Source: a virus
Taxonomy: Duplodnaviria > Caudoviricetes
DNA: 39,514 bases
Reading direction: 5' to 3' (one strand)
Virus record (IMG/VR): IMGVR_UViG_3300032331_000794
Location: 1 to 39,514 of that record
Made by a program: the position numbers and the translations under genes. Under the pieces are notes generated by a model that was not told where the DNA came from, ran no database searches, and worked only from the letters and a program-made list of their open reading frames with translations. Shown piece after piece: positions 9,537 through 18,782 of this stretch (position 1 is its first letter; each line of letters begins with the position of its first letter).

Positions 9537-11026
9537 TGCCAATTGCAGACCCAGTTAACGGTGTAGTAAAAGTACAAGCAGGCAATACTGTTTCAGCAAT
9601 TGCAAAGGCCAATGGTCTTACAGTTGCAGAAGTTCTTGCTTTGAACCCAGCGCTTACAAGCAATCCAAAGTATGACGGTGGAAATACAATTTTCTCTGGA
9701 ACTCAGATTCGCGTTGAGCCAAAGACAACAACCCCAGCACCAGCAACTTCTGGTGGAGGATTTACTGATGCTCAAAATGCAGCACGTTTAGAAGCACAAG
9801 CAAACGCAGCAGGCGCTACGGCGGCTGCACAAGCAGCAGCGGATGCAAAGGCTGCGGCAGATGCTAAAGCGGCTGCGGATGCACAAGCGGCAGCGGCAGT
9901 ACAAGCGGCTGCTATTAAAGCAGCAGCAGATGCAGCAGCAGCACAGGCTGCAGCAGCGGCTAAGGCAGAGGCAGATAGACTTGCAGCAGAACAAGCCGTT
10001 AAGGACGCAAAGAACGCAGCAGATTTAGCAGCAGCAAATGCTGCACTGGCAGCAGCAAACGCAGCGGCTGCAGCAGCAGCGGCAAATGCAAGAGCGGCAG
10101 CGGCGTCAGGTAGCGGAAACATTAACACATCCACTACTCTTAAACCACCAACTGCAGTAGAAACAGCATTAGCAGTTGCTAAAGCAACAGAACTTAGCGT
10201 AGCAGATAAAGCAAGACTAGACGCCCTTGAGGTTATGAAGGCTCGCTTTAAGCAATACGGACTTGAGACTCTAGTTGAGAAGATTCGTCAATTGGCTATC
10301 GAAGGTGCATCTGAATCAACAATTACTTTGCAACTCCAAGAGACTCCTGAATACCAAACACGTTTTAAGGCTAATGCAGCCCGACTAAAGAATAATCTGA
10401 CAGTGCTTGCGCCAGCAGAATATCTTGCAGTTGAAGACTCCTACCGTCAGACACTTCGTGCCTACGGACTAAAGCAGTTTGATACAGATGAATATGTTAG
10501 TCAGTTTATTGCTAACGATGTATCACCAACAGAACTTTCTAACCGTGTTCAATTGGCTGTGCAACGTGTACAGAATGCAGACCCAGCAATTAGCAAGACT
10601 CTACGTGATTACTACGGAATTGGTCAGGCTGACTTGGTTGCATACACATTGGACCCAGCAACACAGTTTAAGAAGATTGAACGCCAAGTACAAGCAGCAG
10701 AGATTGGCACAGCAGCACGTATCCAAGGTCTTGAGACTGGTGTTACAGTTGCAGAGCAACTTGCCGCACAAGGCGTTACACAAGCAGAAGCCCAAAAGGG
10801 TTATGCAACAATTGCAGATATTCTCCCAACTGCAGAGAAGTTGAGCGCCATCTATGGTTCAACTCTTGAAGGTTATGGACAATCAAGTGCTGAGCAAGAA
10901 GTATTTAATACTCTAGCATCTGCACAGCGAGCGCGTCAAAAGTTGACCGCTCGTGAAGTCGCACAATTCAGTGGAAATGCTGGTCTTGCAAAGACAGCAC
11001 TCTCTACTGGCGGCGGACAAATATAG
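9536..11026 (+). CDS. LysM-domain virion protein with Ala-rich coiled linker
   Basis: N-terminal VKVQAGNTVSAIAKANGLTVAEVLALNP fits LysM; ~110-aa poly-Ala helix follows. Confidence 0.7.
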   Translation: MPIADPVNGVVKVQAGNTVSAIAKANGLTVAEVLALNPALTSNPKYDGGNTIFSGTQIRVEPKTTTPAPATSGGGFTDAQNAARLEAQANAAGATAAAQAAADAKAAADAKAAADAQAAAAVQAAAIKAAADAAAAQAAAAAKAEADRLAAEQAVKDAKNAADLAAANAALAAANAAAAAAAANARAAAASGSGNINTSTTLKPPTAVETALAVAKATELSVADKARLDALEVMKARFKQYGLETLVEKIRQLAIEGASESTITLQLQETPEYQTRFKANAARLKNNLTVLAPAEYLAVEDSYRQTLRAYGLKQFDTDEYVSQFIANDVSPTELSNRVQLAVQRVQNADPAISKTLRDYYGIGQADLVAYTLDPATQFKKIERQVQAAEIGTAARIQGLETGVTVAEQLAAQGVTQAEAQKGYATIADILPTAEKLSAIYGSTLEGYGQSSAEQEVFNTLASAQRARQKLTAREVAQFSGNAGLAKTALSTGGGQI

Positions 11027-11030
11027 AATC

Positions 11031-11113
11031 CTGAACGGACCCATCGGCCCCGTCAGCGTATTAGACCGATAGCAAGAGCCAATCTGTTTCCCCGAATAGA
11101 ATCTGTGGCTTGC
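11031..11113 (+). ncRNA. Candidate structured cis-RNA (H-type pseudoknot plus hairpin) upstream of scaffold/capsid
   Basis: CTGAACGG/CCGTCAG stem; loop ATCGG pairs with CCGAT at 11066; second stem GCAAG-GCCA/TGGCTTGC. Confidence 0.5.
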
Positions 11114-11142
11114 GAACTACAACGAATAGAAGGGTGGTTGCT

Positions 11143-11616
11143 ATGAGCAACAACTACTGGGATGAAGAAGACGAAGACGATACAACAATCACAGGTAACG
11201 AAACTGAAAACGACTTGCAAAAGAAGTTAAGAAAGAAGATTCGTGCCGATGAAAAGCGTATCAAAGAACTCGAAGAAAAACTTGGTTCTTTCACCAAGAT
11301 TGACAAAGAGCGAACCGTCAAAGAAGTCCTAGAAAAACAAGGTGTCAACGCTAAGGCTGCGAGACTAATCCTCAAAGATTTGGAAGACGTTAACGAAGAG
11401 TCAGTTAATACATGGCTTGAAGAAAACGGCGACCTCTTTGGTTATAGTCCAACTGAGGCTTCACCTGCAAACAGCGAAGAAAATCGTGCTGCAATTCGCA
11501 AGCAGGATAATCTTACTGCAGGTGCTTTAACACCTGACCGAGGCGAAGATATGGAAATGAGAATCGACCAAGCACAAAGCGCGGAAGAACTCCAACGTAT
11601 TCTCTACTCACAATAA
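11143..11616 (+). CDS. Capsid scaffolding protein
   Basis: Acidic N-terminus, coiled coil, immediately before capsid; ATG 11143 after AGAAGGGTGG. Confidence 0.8.
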   Translation: MSNNYWDEEDEDDTTITGNETENDLQKKLRKKIRADEKRIKELEEKLGSFTKIDKERTVKEVLEKQGVNAKAARLILKDLEDVNEESVNTWLEENGDLFGYSPTEASPANSEENRAAIRKQDNLTAGALTPDRGEDMEMRIDQAQSAEELQRILYSQ

Positions 11617-11650
11617 ATCATAGTTTCTACATTACCTTGGAGGTAATAAC

Positions 11651-12604
11651 TTGGCTACAAACTTTACATCGACAGACTCAGCGTCTCTCGGCGGAACTGC
11701 TGGTAGCGCAGGTCTAGTACAGAAGGCATACGATAAGTTTATCGAATTTGCTCTTCGTGACGAACCCCTAATTCGTACAGTCGCAGACAAGCGTCCAGTT
11801 TCCCCAACTAACAACGGTAACGTTGTTGTTCTACAGAAGTATGCAGACCTTGCAAACGCTACAACAGCGCTTACAGAGTCTACAGACATTGATGGCGTAA
11901 CAATCGGAACACCTACATCTGTGACTATCACAATGCAGGAGTTTGGTAACGCTACAACTAACACACGTGCTCTAAAGTTATTCTCACTCAACTCTGTTGA
12001 CCCTGATATCGTAACTCTTATGGCTCGTAACCAGGCAGATTCAATCGACGCACTTGCTATGACAGCACTACGCGGCGGAACAAACGTAATCTACTCAGGT
12101 TCAACAGCAACATCAACTGCCACAATTACAGCAGCAGCAACATTGTCAACAGCGAATATCGCTAAGGCAGTTGCTAAGTTGCGCGGTAACAAGGCATCAG
12201 GCAAGCGCGGTCAGGAATACTGGGCTGGAATCCACCCAGATGTTGCACACGACCTTATGCTTGAATCATCTGCAGCAGGTTGGGTAGTACCTAACGCATA
12301 CGGAATTTCACAAGACCGTATTTGGGCTGGAGAAGTTGGTCGTTACAAGGGTGCCTACTTCGTAGAGTCACCACGCCTTTACGTAGCAACTGATGGAGCG
12401 TCTTCTGCAAAGAACTATCGCACAATCATTGCTGGACAGCAAGCACTTGCTGAGGCAGTGGCAGAAGAGCCACACACAGTTATCGGTCCAGTTACCGATA
12501 AGTTGAACCGCTTCCGTCCAATCGGATGGTACGGCGTTCTAGGTTTCGCACGTTTCCGTGAAGAAGCACTATATCGCATCGAATCAGGTTCATCAATCGC
12601 TTAG
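11651..12604 (+). CDS. Major capsid protein (HK97 fold, N4-gp56-like)
   Basis: 317 aa, GGAGG RBS with TTG start; AGIHPDVAHDL, GEVGRYKG and DKLNRFRPIGWYG motifs. Confidence 0.9.
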   Translation: MATNFTSTDSASLGGTAGSAGLVQKAYDKFIEFALRDEPLIRTVADKRPVSPTNNGNVVVLQKYADLANATTALTESTDIDGVTIGTPTSVTITMQEFGNATTNTRALKLFSLNSVDPDIVTLMARNQADSIDALAMTALRGGTNVIYSGSTATSTATITAAATLSTANIAKAVAKLRGNKASGKRGQEYWAGIHPDVAHDLMLESSAAGWVVPNAYGISQDRIWAGEVGRYKGAYFVESPRLYVATDGASSAKNYRTIIAGQQALAEAVAEEPHTVIGPVTDKLNRFRPIGWYGVLGFARFREEALYRIESGSSIA

Positions 12605-12611
12605 TTGATTG

Positions 12612-12655
12612 ACTGATGGGGCAGTAGTTACCGAAATCTCTACTGCCTTATCAGT
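12612..12655 (+). other. 16-bp stem hairpin after capsid stop (attenuator or processing site)
   Basis: ACTGATGGGGCAGTAG pairs with CTACTGCCTTATCAGT (two G-U pairs); no U-tract. Confidence 0.55.
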
Positions 12656-12674
12656 AAGTTCATTAAGGAGAACA

Positions 12675-12944
12675 ATGGCAACTTATATATTTAGAACTCC
12701 ATACGTGGAGGAAGGCCCAACAGGGCAACACCGTCTGTTCTACTTTTTCAAATTAAGACAAGGTATCACAGTAACCAGAACTGGCTCAACATTTGGAACT
12801 GGTCGCTTCTTTACACAAGACCAGTTAGATGATGTAGATGAATACTGGCTAGGTGGACACGAATCTTCTGTATCAGAAGCAACAAAAGCAGCATTAATTG
12901 CTGGTGGGATTGGTGTAACAGAGGCAAACTTTACAGTAGAGTAG
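12675..12944 (+). CDS. Small virion-associated hypothetical protein
   Basis: AAGGAG RBS before ATG 12675 (MATYIF). Confidence 0.7.
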   Translation: MATYIFRTPYVEEGPTGQHRLFYFFKLRQGITVTRTGSTFGTGRFFTQDQLDDVDEYWLGGHESSVSEATKAALIAGGIGVTEANFTVE

Positions 12945-12951
12945 GGACAAA

Positions 12952-13401
12952 ATGAATTGCGACCACATTAGCAAAGTCGTTAAAGATGGGTATAATTTAA
13001 TAGATGGACAGATGCATTCAACAGTTCTTATGTGGGGATGCACTAAGTGCGATGCAACATCAACGGAACCTTTATACGATATAACTACAGCATTTGTAAG
13101 CAAGGAACCTTGTAAAGAAGATTGTAATTGTTTTGGCTGCAAGGCCAGAGGATTACAAATGAATACAGGAGATGCAGGCAGGCCCGTCAGCAAGAAACAA
13201 TGGGACGGTAGATTAAAGTTTTATAAAGATGCTAGAAACCAAGGTATCCAACCAGCGGGAACGCAGAGACTTCAAGTTGAAGCAGCATACAAAGCAAGTG
13301 AAACATTGGGCAAAGCATACGATGCTGGAACAATGGGTGTAAGAGCAGACAAGGTTACGAAATCCGTAGCGGCAGTAATGAAAGAAACTGGAGCAGCATA
13401 A
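12952..13401 (+). CDS. Cys-rich (Zn-binding) hypothetical protein
   Basis: CxH...CxxC and CxxxCxCxxC motifs. Confidence 0.6.
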   Translation: MNCDHISKVVKDGYNLIDGQMHSTVLMWGCTKCDATSTEPLYDITTAFVSKEPCKEDCNCFGCKARGLQMNTGDAGRPVSKKQWDGRLKFYKDARNQGIQPAGTQRLQVEAAYKASETLGKAYDAGTMGVRADKVTKSVAAVMKETGAA

Positions 13402-13403
13402 TA

Positions 13404-13541
13404 ATGAAAAAAGCATACAAAATGGGCGAAAAGATGGAATCCAAGAAAGACAAGTTTATGGAAATGCAGATGGGCAAGAAGGCTATGAAGAAGTCTCCTG
13501 CTAAGAAGGCTGCAGCAAAGAAAATGGGCAAGAAGAAGTAA
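13404..13541 (+). CDS. 45-aa Lys/Met-rich basic microprotein (absent from ORF track)
   Basis: MKKAYKMGEKMESKKDKFMEMQMGKKAMKKSPAKKAAAKKMGKKK; GGAG upstream; fills the gap exactly. Confidence 0.7.
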   Translation: MKKAYKMGEKMESKKDKFMEMQMGKKAMKKSPAKKAAAKKMGKKK

Positions 13542-13542
13542 T

Positions 13543-13746
13543 ATGGCAACCAATCCTAGAGAAGCAGCGTACCAAGCCTCTAAGAAGCCAACTCCAACAC
13601 CTAAGAAGACGCCAACAATTAAGACAGGCCCAACTGGTGCAGAGAAGTTGCTTCAAAAGTATCTTAGAGAAGGCATGAGCCTTGATAAGGCACGTAAGAA
13701 AGTTTCTAACGAAACTGGTATTTGGCCAAACGGATATACAAACTAA
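13543..13746 (+). CDS. Small basic protein
   Basis: 67 aa, Lys/Pro-rich, coupled to neighbours. Confidence 0.65.
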   Translation: MATNPREAAYQASKKPTPTPKKTPTIKTGPTGAEKLLQKYLREGMSLDKARKKVSNETGIWPNGYTN

Positions 13747-13907
13747 TGAAAAAAGCAACTGGAGCAAAGAAGGTCGGCAAAGTCCTTCATGAGTTTAAGG
13801 CTGGCACATTGCACTCTGCCAAAGGTGGCAAGGTAGTTAAGTCTCGCAAGCAGGCTATTGCTATTGCTATGAGCGAAGCAAAGATGGGTAAAAAGAAAAA
13901 GAAATGA
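13746..13907 (+). CDS. Small basic protein (HEFKAGTLHS...KSRKQAIAIAMSEA type)
   Basis: TAATG start at 13746; motif recognisable from small phage/bacterial basic proteins. Confidence 0.7.
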   Translation: MKKATGAKKVGKVLHEFKAGTLHSAKGGKVVKSRKQAIAIAMSEAKMGKKKKK

Positions 13908-14182
13908 AAGATTCAAGACTAAGTCGTGCTGGTGTATCTGGCTTTAACAAGCCAAAGCGCACACCTTCTCATCCAAAAAAGTCACACGTTGTTGTGGCTA
14001 AAGTTGGTGGCGAAGTAAAGACGATTCGTTTTGGTCAGCAAGGCGTGTCTGGTTCACCTAAGAAAGCAGGAGAGTCAGCAGCCTATGCTGCACGACGTAA
14101 GTCTTTTAAGGCTCGTCACGCTAAAAACATTTCCAAAGGTAAGATGTCAGCAGCATACTGGGCTGATAAGGTTAAGTGGTAA
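13904..14182 (+). CDS. Small basic phage protein (KTIRFGQQG...SFKARH...SAAYWADKVKW)
   Basis: ATGA overlap; strongly basic; motif common in aquatic phages. Confidence 0.75.
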   Translation: MKDSRLSRAGVSGFNKPKRTPSHPKKSHVVVAKVGGEVKTIRFGQQGVSGSPKKAGESAAYAARRKSFKARHAKNISKGKMSAAYWADKVKW

Positions 14183-14201
14183 TTTAACTAAGGTGGGGAC
14201 A

Positions 14202-14882
14202 ATGAAGGATACTTTGGCTATCGCCTGGTGCGATAATGGTATGGTAGATGGCAAGTTCATGCAAGGCGTTACTGATGTAATGCTACATGGAGGCGCTAAT
14301 GTAGTAACAACTCTACGTAGTTCTGGTAATCAAATTGGCAGACAACGTGAGACTGTAGTTAAATATTGGTATGAAAATAACAAATCAGAGTGGCTACTAT
14401 GGGTAGACTCCGATGTTGTTATCGGGCCAGATGTTTTTAAGAAACTTTGGGATAGGCGAGACGTTGAAAAGCACCCAATCCTAACTGGAGTTTACTTTAC
14501 AACAGATACGCCAGAAGAACCATTAATGATTCCAATGCCAACACTCTTTGAATTCATAGTCAAGGGTGAAGAAGTAGGAATTAAGCGCATGCATCCTCTT
14601 CCTAAGGATAAGTTCCTTAAGGTTGGAGCCGCAGGCATGGGGTTTGTGTTGATGCACAGAAGTGTAGTCACGCGAATCCTAGAAGTATTACCCAATACAC
14701 CGCTGTTTACAGAGGTTGGGGTTGGGAAGCAGTTTATGGGTGAAGATATATTCTTCTTCTCATTGTGCGACAAGGCTGATATTCCAGTCTGGTGTGACAC
14801 ATCTGCAACAGTTCCACATATGAAACGCTTTTCATTCGATGTTAATTACTACGATGCATTCGTAGGAGACAAGAGGAAATAA
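14202..14882 (+). CDS. GT-A fold (GT2-like) glycosyltransferase
   Basis: WLLWVDSD (DxD), GMGFVLMHRSV, GEDIFF and terminal His motifs; ATG 14202. Confidence 0.8.
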   Translation: MKDTLAIAWCDNGMVDGKFMQGVTDVMLHGGANVVTTLRSSGNQIGRQRETVVKYWYENNKSEWLLWVDSDVVIGPDVFKKLWDRRDVEKHPILTGVYFTTDTPEEPLMIPMPTLFEFIVKGEEVGIKRMHPLPKDKFLKVGAAGMGFVLMHRSVVTRILEVLPNTPLFTEVGVGKQFMGEDIFFFSLCDKADIPVWCDTSATVPHMKRFSFDVNYYDAFVGDKRK

Positions 14883-15805
14883 TGACAACTACGCTGACCA
14901 ATATGATTGATGAGGTTCAGGTCAATCTTGCTGGATATACCTTCCAACAGGACCGTTCAACCTACCTTACAACTGCAGTAACAACAACAACTTCATCATC
15001 TGCGTCACCATTGGTCCTATCATTGGGTTCAACAGACTCAGTTGGTAAAGGCATAGTTGAAGTTGACGAAGAACTCATGTGGATTGATTCATATGACCGC
15101 GTTGGTAATACAGCGACCGTTGCTCCCTATGGTAGAGGCTACCTTGGTACAACTGCGGCAACACACAGCGCTGATGCTAAAGTATCAATTGCACCAACAT
15201 TTCCTAAGTTTAACGTAAAACGCGCAATTAATGATACTATTCGCTCACTTGGCGCTAACATCTTTGCGGTAAAGACAACAACGTTTACATTCAACGCTGC
15301 TCAATCAACCTATGCATTCAATGATTTGAACATTAAAAACATTATTAGCCTAACCTGGCAGTCCATTGGACCTGCAAAAGAGTGGGTTCCAATTCGACGT
15401 TGGGACTTTGACTCTATTGCAGATACAACTGCATTTGGTTCAGGAGCACAGACAGTTACTCTTGGTGAGTCTCCAATCCCAGGACGTACAGTAAAGGTTG
15501 TATATGCAACTGACCCAGTAGCATTTACAAGTAATTCACAAGATTATATCACTCAAACAGGACTTCCAGAATCAACTCGGGACGTAGTTATTCTTGGTGC
15601 AGCGTATCGTTTGCTCGCCTATCTTGACCCAGCACGTGCGGCTCAAACAAGCCCACAGGCTGACGAGACAGACAGCAAGCGTCCATACGGTTCATCACAG
15701 TCTGCTACAAAGCAACTATATGCGCTTTATACACAGCGTCTTAATGAAGAGACTAAAGCGCAACAACAAAACTACCCACCACGAGTTCATTTCTCACGCC
15801 GATAG
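14882..15805 (+). CDS. Tail adaptor / tail tubular protein A-like
   Basis: Position between head and fibre genes; RAINDTIRSL and VVILGAAYRLL helical motifs. Confidence 0.6.
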   Translation: MTTTLTNMIDEVQVNLAGYTFQQDRSTYLTTAVTTTTSSSASPLVLSLGSTDSVGKGIVEVDEELMWIDSYDRVGNTATVAPYGRGYLGTTAATHSADAKVSIAPTFPKFNVKRAINDTIRSLGANIFAVKTTTFTFNAAQSTYAFNDLNIKNIISLTWQSIGPAKEWVPIRRWDFDSIADTTAFGSGAQTVTLGESPIPGRTVKVVYATDPVAFTSNSQDYITQTGLPESTRDVVILGAAYRLLAYLDPARAAQTSPQADETDSKRPYGSSQSATKQLYALYTQRLNEETKAQQQNYPPRVHFSRR

Positions 15806-15813
15806 GAACCTGA

Positions 15814-18207
15814 ATGACAACTAGAAAATACTCATCCCGCTCACAGCAAACAACACTGTCTGCGCCTATCACGTCCTCTGCAACAACGATGACTGTTGGT
15901 TCAGGCTCTTCTTTGATGGTGGCAACAGTACCAAACGGTCAGACATTTACAGTAGTAATTGACCCAGATACAGCGCTCGAAGAAATTGTAGATGTCACCA
16001 ACTGGTCGTCTGGTAATACATTAACAATTGCAAGAGGCATCGACGGTTCATCTGGTATCGCCCACTCAGCAGGTGCCGTAGTAAAGCATATGGCTATTGG
16101 CCGCGACTACACAGAAGCCAATCAGCACATTGAGAACGTAACATCTGCTCACGGTTTAACTACAGCAAACGTAGTATCAACTACCGATACTGGCACAGTT
16201 ACTAGCACAATGATTGCTAACGGCACCATTGTTAATGCTGACATTAATGCGTCTGCAGCAATCGACAAGACTAAGATATCTGGCACAGCAATTACCGCTG
16301 CTGATACATTAACTGTCACTAGCGCAATGCTCGCTGGCTCTATCGCTCCTGCTAAGGTAACTGGAACTGCAATTACTGCAGCAGATACTGGAACAGTAAC
16401 AAGCACTATGATTGCAGATGGAACAATCCTCAACGCAGATATTAATGCATCTGCCGCTATCGCGTCAACAAAGATTTCAGGAACCGCTGTTACACAAGGT
16501 GATACTGGTACAGTAACATCAACGATGATTGCTAATGGTACTATCGTAGATGCAGACATCGCAAGTGGAGCAGCAATTGGCTCTACTAAGATTTCTGGTA
16601 CAGCAGTAACCCAATCAGATACAGGCACAGTTACTTCTACTATGATTCTAGATGGAACTATTCTTAATGCTGATATTAACGCAAGCGCTGCTATTGAATG
16701 GACAAAGATTGCTCCATCATCAACAGTATCTGCAACAGAACTTGGCTACCTTGATGGAGTCACATCCGCTATCCAAACGCAGATTGATTCTAAGTTAGCA
16801 ACTGCTACAGCATCAAGCACTTACGCTCCACTAGCAAGTCCAGCGTTAACTGGTGTCCCAACTGCCCCAACAGCAACTGCTGGAACTAATACTACTCAGG
16901 TGGCAACTACAGCATTTGTAAAGACTGCAGTAGATAACGTAATAGCAGCAGCACCTGGAGCGCTTGATACTCTTGACGAACTTGCTGCAGCACTTGGTGA
17001 TGATGCTAACTTTGCAACAACAGTAACCAACTCAATTGCAACCAAACTTGCTACAGCAGGTGGTACTATGTCTGGTGCTCTTGCAATGGGAACAAATAAG
17101 ATTACTGGTCTAGGAACACCAACAACATCTACAGATGCCGCTACAAAGGCTTATGCAGATACTATGGTTCCTTTGGCTGGTGGAACAATGACAGGCGCCC
17201 TAACGCTTTCTGGCGCCCCTACAATTGGACTTCACGCAGCAACCAAGACTTATGTAGATGCAGTTGGTTCAGCCGTTAGTGCTGATGCCGCTGCTGCCGC
17301 AGCAAGCGCTACTGCTGCTGCCGCTTCATATGATTCATTTGATGACCGCTACCTTGGCGCAAAGTCAAGTGCTCCATCTGTAGACAATGACGGAAATGCT
17401 TTAGCCACTGGTGCTCTTTACTGGAACACAACAAGTAGTGCGATGCAGGTTTGGAGTGGTACAGCGTGGGGTGGAATAACTTCTGCCGTATCATCTTCTC
17501 GCTGGAGCAAAACAGCATCTGGTGGTGAGACAACACTTACTGGTACAGACGATGCTAGCGTAAGTTTAAGTTACACTGCTGGTTACGAACAAGTTTACCT
17601 AAATGGTGTATTACTTGCTCGCACAGCAGATTATAGTGCTTCTAGTGGAACATCTATTACTGGATTGTCACCAGCACTTGCCGCAGGCGATATCGTTGAA
17701 GTTCTTTCTTGGACACCGTACAGCGTATCAACTGCTCTTGCAACTACAGTTGTAGATGCTAAAGGTGATTTGCTTGTAGCAACAGCAGACAATACTGTTG
17801 GACGTCTCGCAGTTGGTACAAACGATTTTGTACTTACAGCAGACTCAACTCAAACTACTGGCGTCAAGTGGGCTGCAATCTCAGCAGTATCTACTCTTGA
17901 CTTAACATTAAATGCCCAAACTGGTACTTCATACACTGCAGTATCTGGAGACAGAAATAAACTTGTTACACTAACAAATGCCTCTGCAATTACATTGACC
18001 TTACCGCCTTCCGTGTATAGCGCAGGACAGCAGATACACTTTGCTCAACTTGGTGCTGGTCAGGTAACTTTTGCTCAAGGCTCGGGCGTGACCATTAACT
18101 CAACTGGCGCAACAGCCACTGCTCCTAAGATAAGAGCACAGTATGGAACTGCAACAGCAATTTGTACAGCAAGTAATACTTTCTTAGTGATTGGAGATAT
18201 AGCCTAA
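15814..18207 (+). CDS. Tail fibre protein
   Basis: Thr/Ala/Ser-rich; internal 38-aa repeats; SPALTGVPTAPT and LDTLDELAAALGDD fibre motifs. Confidence 0.85.
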   Translation: MTTRKYSSRSQQTTLSAPITSSATTMTVGSGSSLMVATVPNGQTFTVVIDPDTALEEIVDVTNWSSGNTLTIARGIDGSSGIAHSAGAVVKHMAIGRDYTEANQHIENVTSAHGLTTANVVSTTDTGTVTSTMIANGTIVNADINASAAIDKTKISGTAITAADTLTVTSAMLAGSIAPAKVTGTAITAADTGTVTSTMIADGTILNADINASAAIASTKISGTAVTQGDTGTVTSTMIANGTIVDADIASGAAIGSTKISGTAVTQSDTGTVTSTMILDGTILNADINASAAIEWTKIAPSSTVSATELGYLDGVTSAIQTQIDSKLATATASSTYAPLASPALTGVPTAPTATAGTNTTQVATTAFVKTAVDNVIAAAPGALDTLDELAAALGDDANFATTVTNSIATKLATAGGTMSGALAMGTNKITGLGTPTTSTDAATKAYADTMVPLAGGTMTGALTLSGAPTIGLHAATKTYVDAVGSAVSADAAAAAASATAAAASYDSFDDRYLGAKSSAPSVDNDGNALATGALYWNTTSSAMQVWSGTAWGGITSAVSSSRWSKTASGGETTLTGTDDASVSLSYTAGYEQVYLNGVLLARTADYSASSGTSITGLSPALAAGDIVEVLSWTPYSVSTALATTVVDAKGDLLVATADNTVGRLAVGTNDFVLTADSTQTTGVKWAAISAVSTLDLTLNAQTGTSYTAVSGDRNKLVTLTNASAITLTLPPSVYSAGQQIHFAQLGAGQVTFAQGSGVTINSTGATATAPKIRAQYGTATAICTASNTFLVIGDIA
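16186..16710 (+). repeat. ~5 tandem ~38-aa repeats (DTGTVTSTMIxxGTIxxADIxxxAAIxxTKISGTA) in fibre
   Basis: Visible in the translation; synonymous divergence between copies; one copy shortened. Confidence 0.85.
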
Positions 18208-18782
18208 TGAGTCGCGCTAGAACAAACGCAGATAACGTCGCTGGTGACATTTCGGGCGTAACAGCCTCGACAGGGTTAACAGGTGGTGGAACTTCTGGTA
18301 CTGTATCCGTATCTATTGATACAACAGTCACAACAGACCTTTCAACTGCTCAAACACTGAGTAATAAAAACTTAACGAGTGGAACTAACACATTCCCAAC
18401 TTCACTTGCTACGCTTACTGGAACTCAGACGCTTACAAATAAAACTTTAACCGACCCTAAGGTCGACCTAGCAATTAATGCTCAGACTGGAACAACTTAC
18501 ACATTTGTTCTAGCCGACGATTGCAAACTTGTCACAGCATCTAATGCATCCGCTCAAACATACACAATTCCTCCAGTATCATCAGTAGCATATAATACTG
18601 GAACTCAACTTAACATTGTACAAAAGGGTGCAGGACAAGTTACATTTGCTGCTGGCTCTGGAGTAACTATTAGAAGCACTGGGGCAACTGCCGCAGCGCC
18701 TAAACTTCGTGCTCAATACTCATCTGCAACCGCTATTTACGAAGGTTCAGATGTGTGGTATGTGATTGGAGATATAGCCTAA
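18207..18782 (+). CDS. Secondary fibre/adaptor protein; C-terminal domain paralogous to that of 15814-18207
   Basis: Both end ...NAQTGTxYT...GAGQVTFAxGSGVTIxSTGAT...APKxRAQY...VIGDIA. Confidence 0.75.
   Translation: MSRARTNADNVAGDISGVTASTGLTGGGTSGTVSVSIDTTVTTDLSTAQTLSNKNLTSGTNTFPTSLATLTGTQTLTNKTLTDPKVDLAINAQTGTTYTFVLADDCKLVTASNASAQTYTIPPVSSVAYNTGTQLNIVQKGAGQVTFAAGSGVTIRSTGATAAAPKLRAQYSSATAIYEGSDVWYVIGDIA

Noticed and set aside
9593-10134. Antisense Cys/Ala-rich ORFs, and similar shadow ORFs over the fibre and Gly-rich genes
   Set aside because: By-products of GCN/GGN codon repetition on the coding strand; no RBS support.
11031-11113. HDV-like/theta ribozyme
   Set aside because: No P3/L3 hairpin nested between the P2 5' and P1 3' strands; only a simple H-type topology is visible.
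11024-11145. Stop-codon readthrough signal (TAG followed by a pseudoknot) fusing the LysM protein to scaffold
   Set aside because: The readthrough frame hits TGA at the scaffold start and is out of frame with scaffold.
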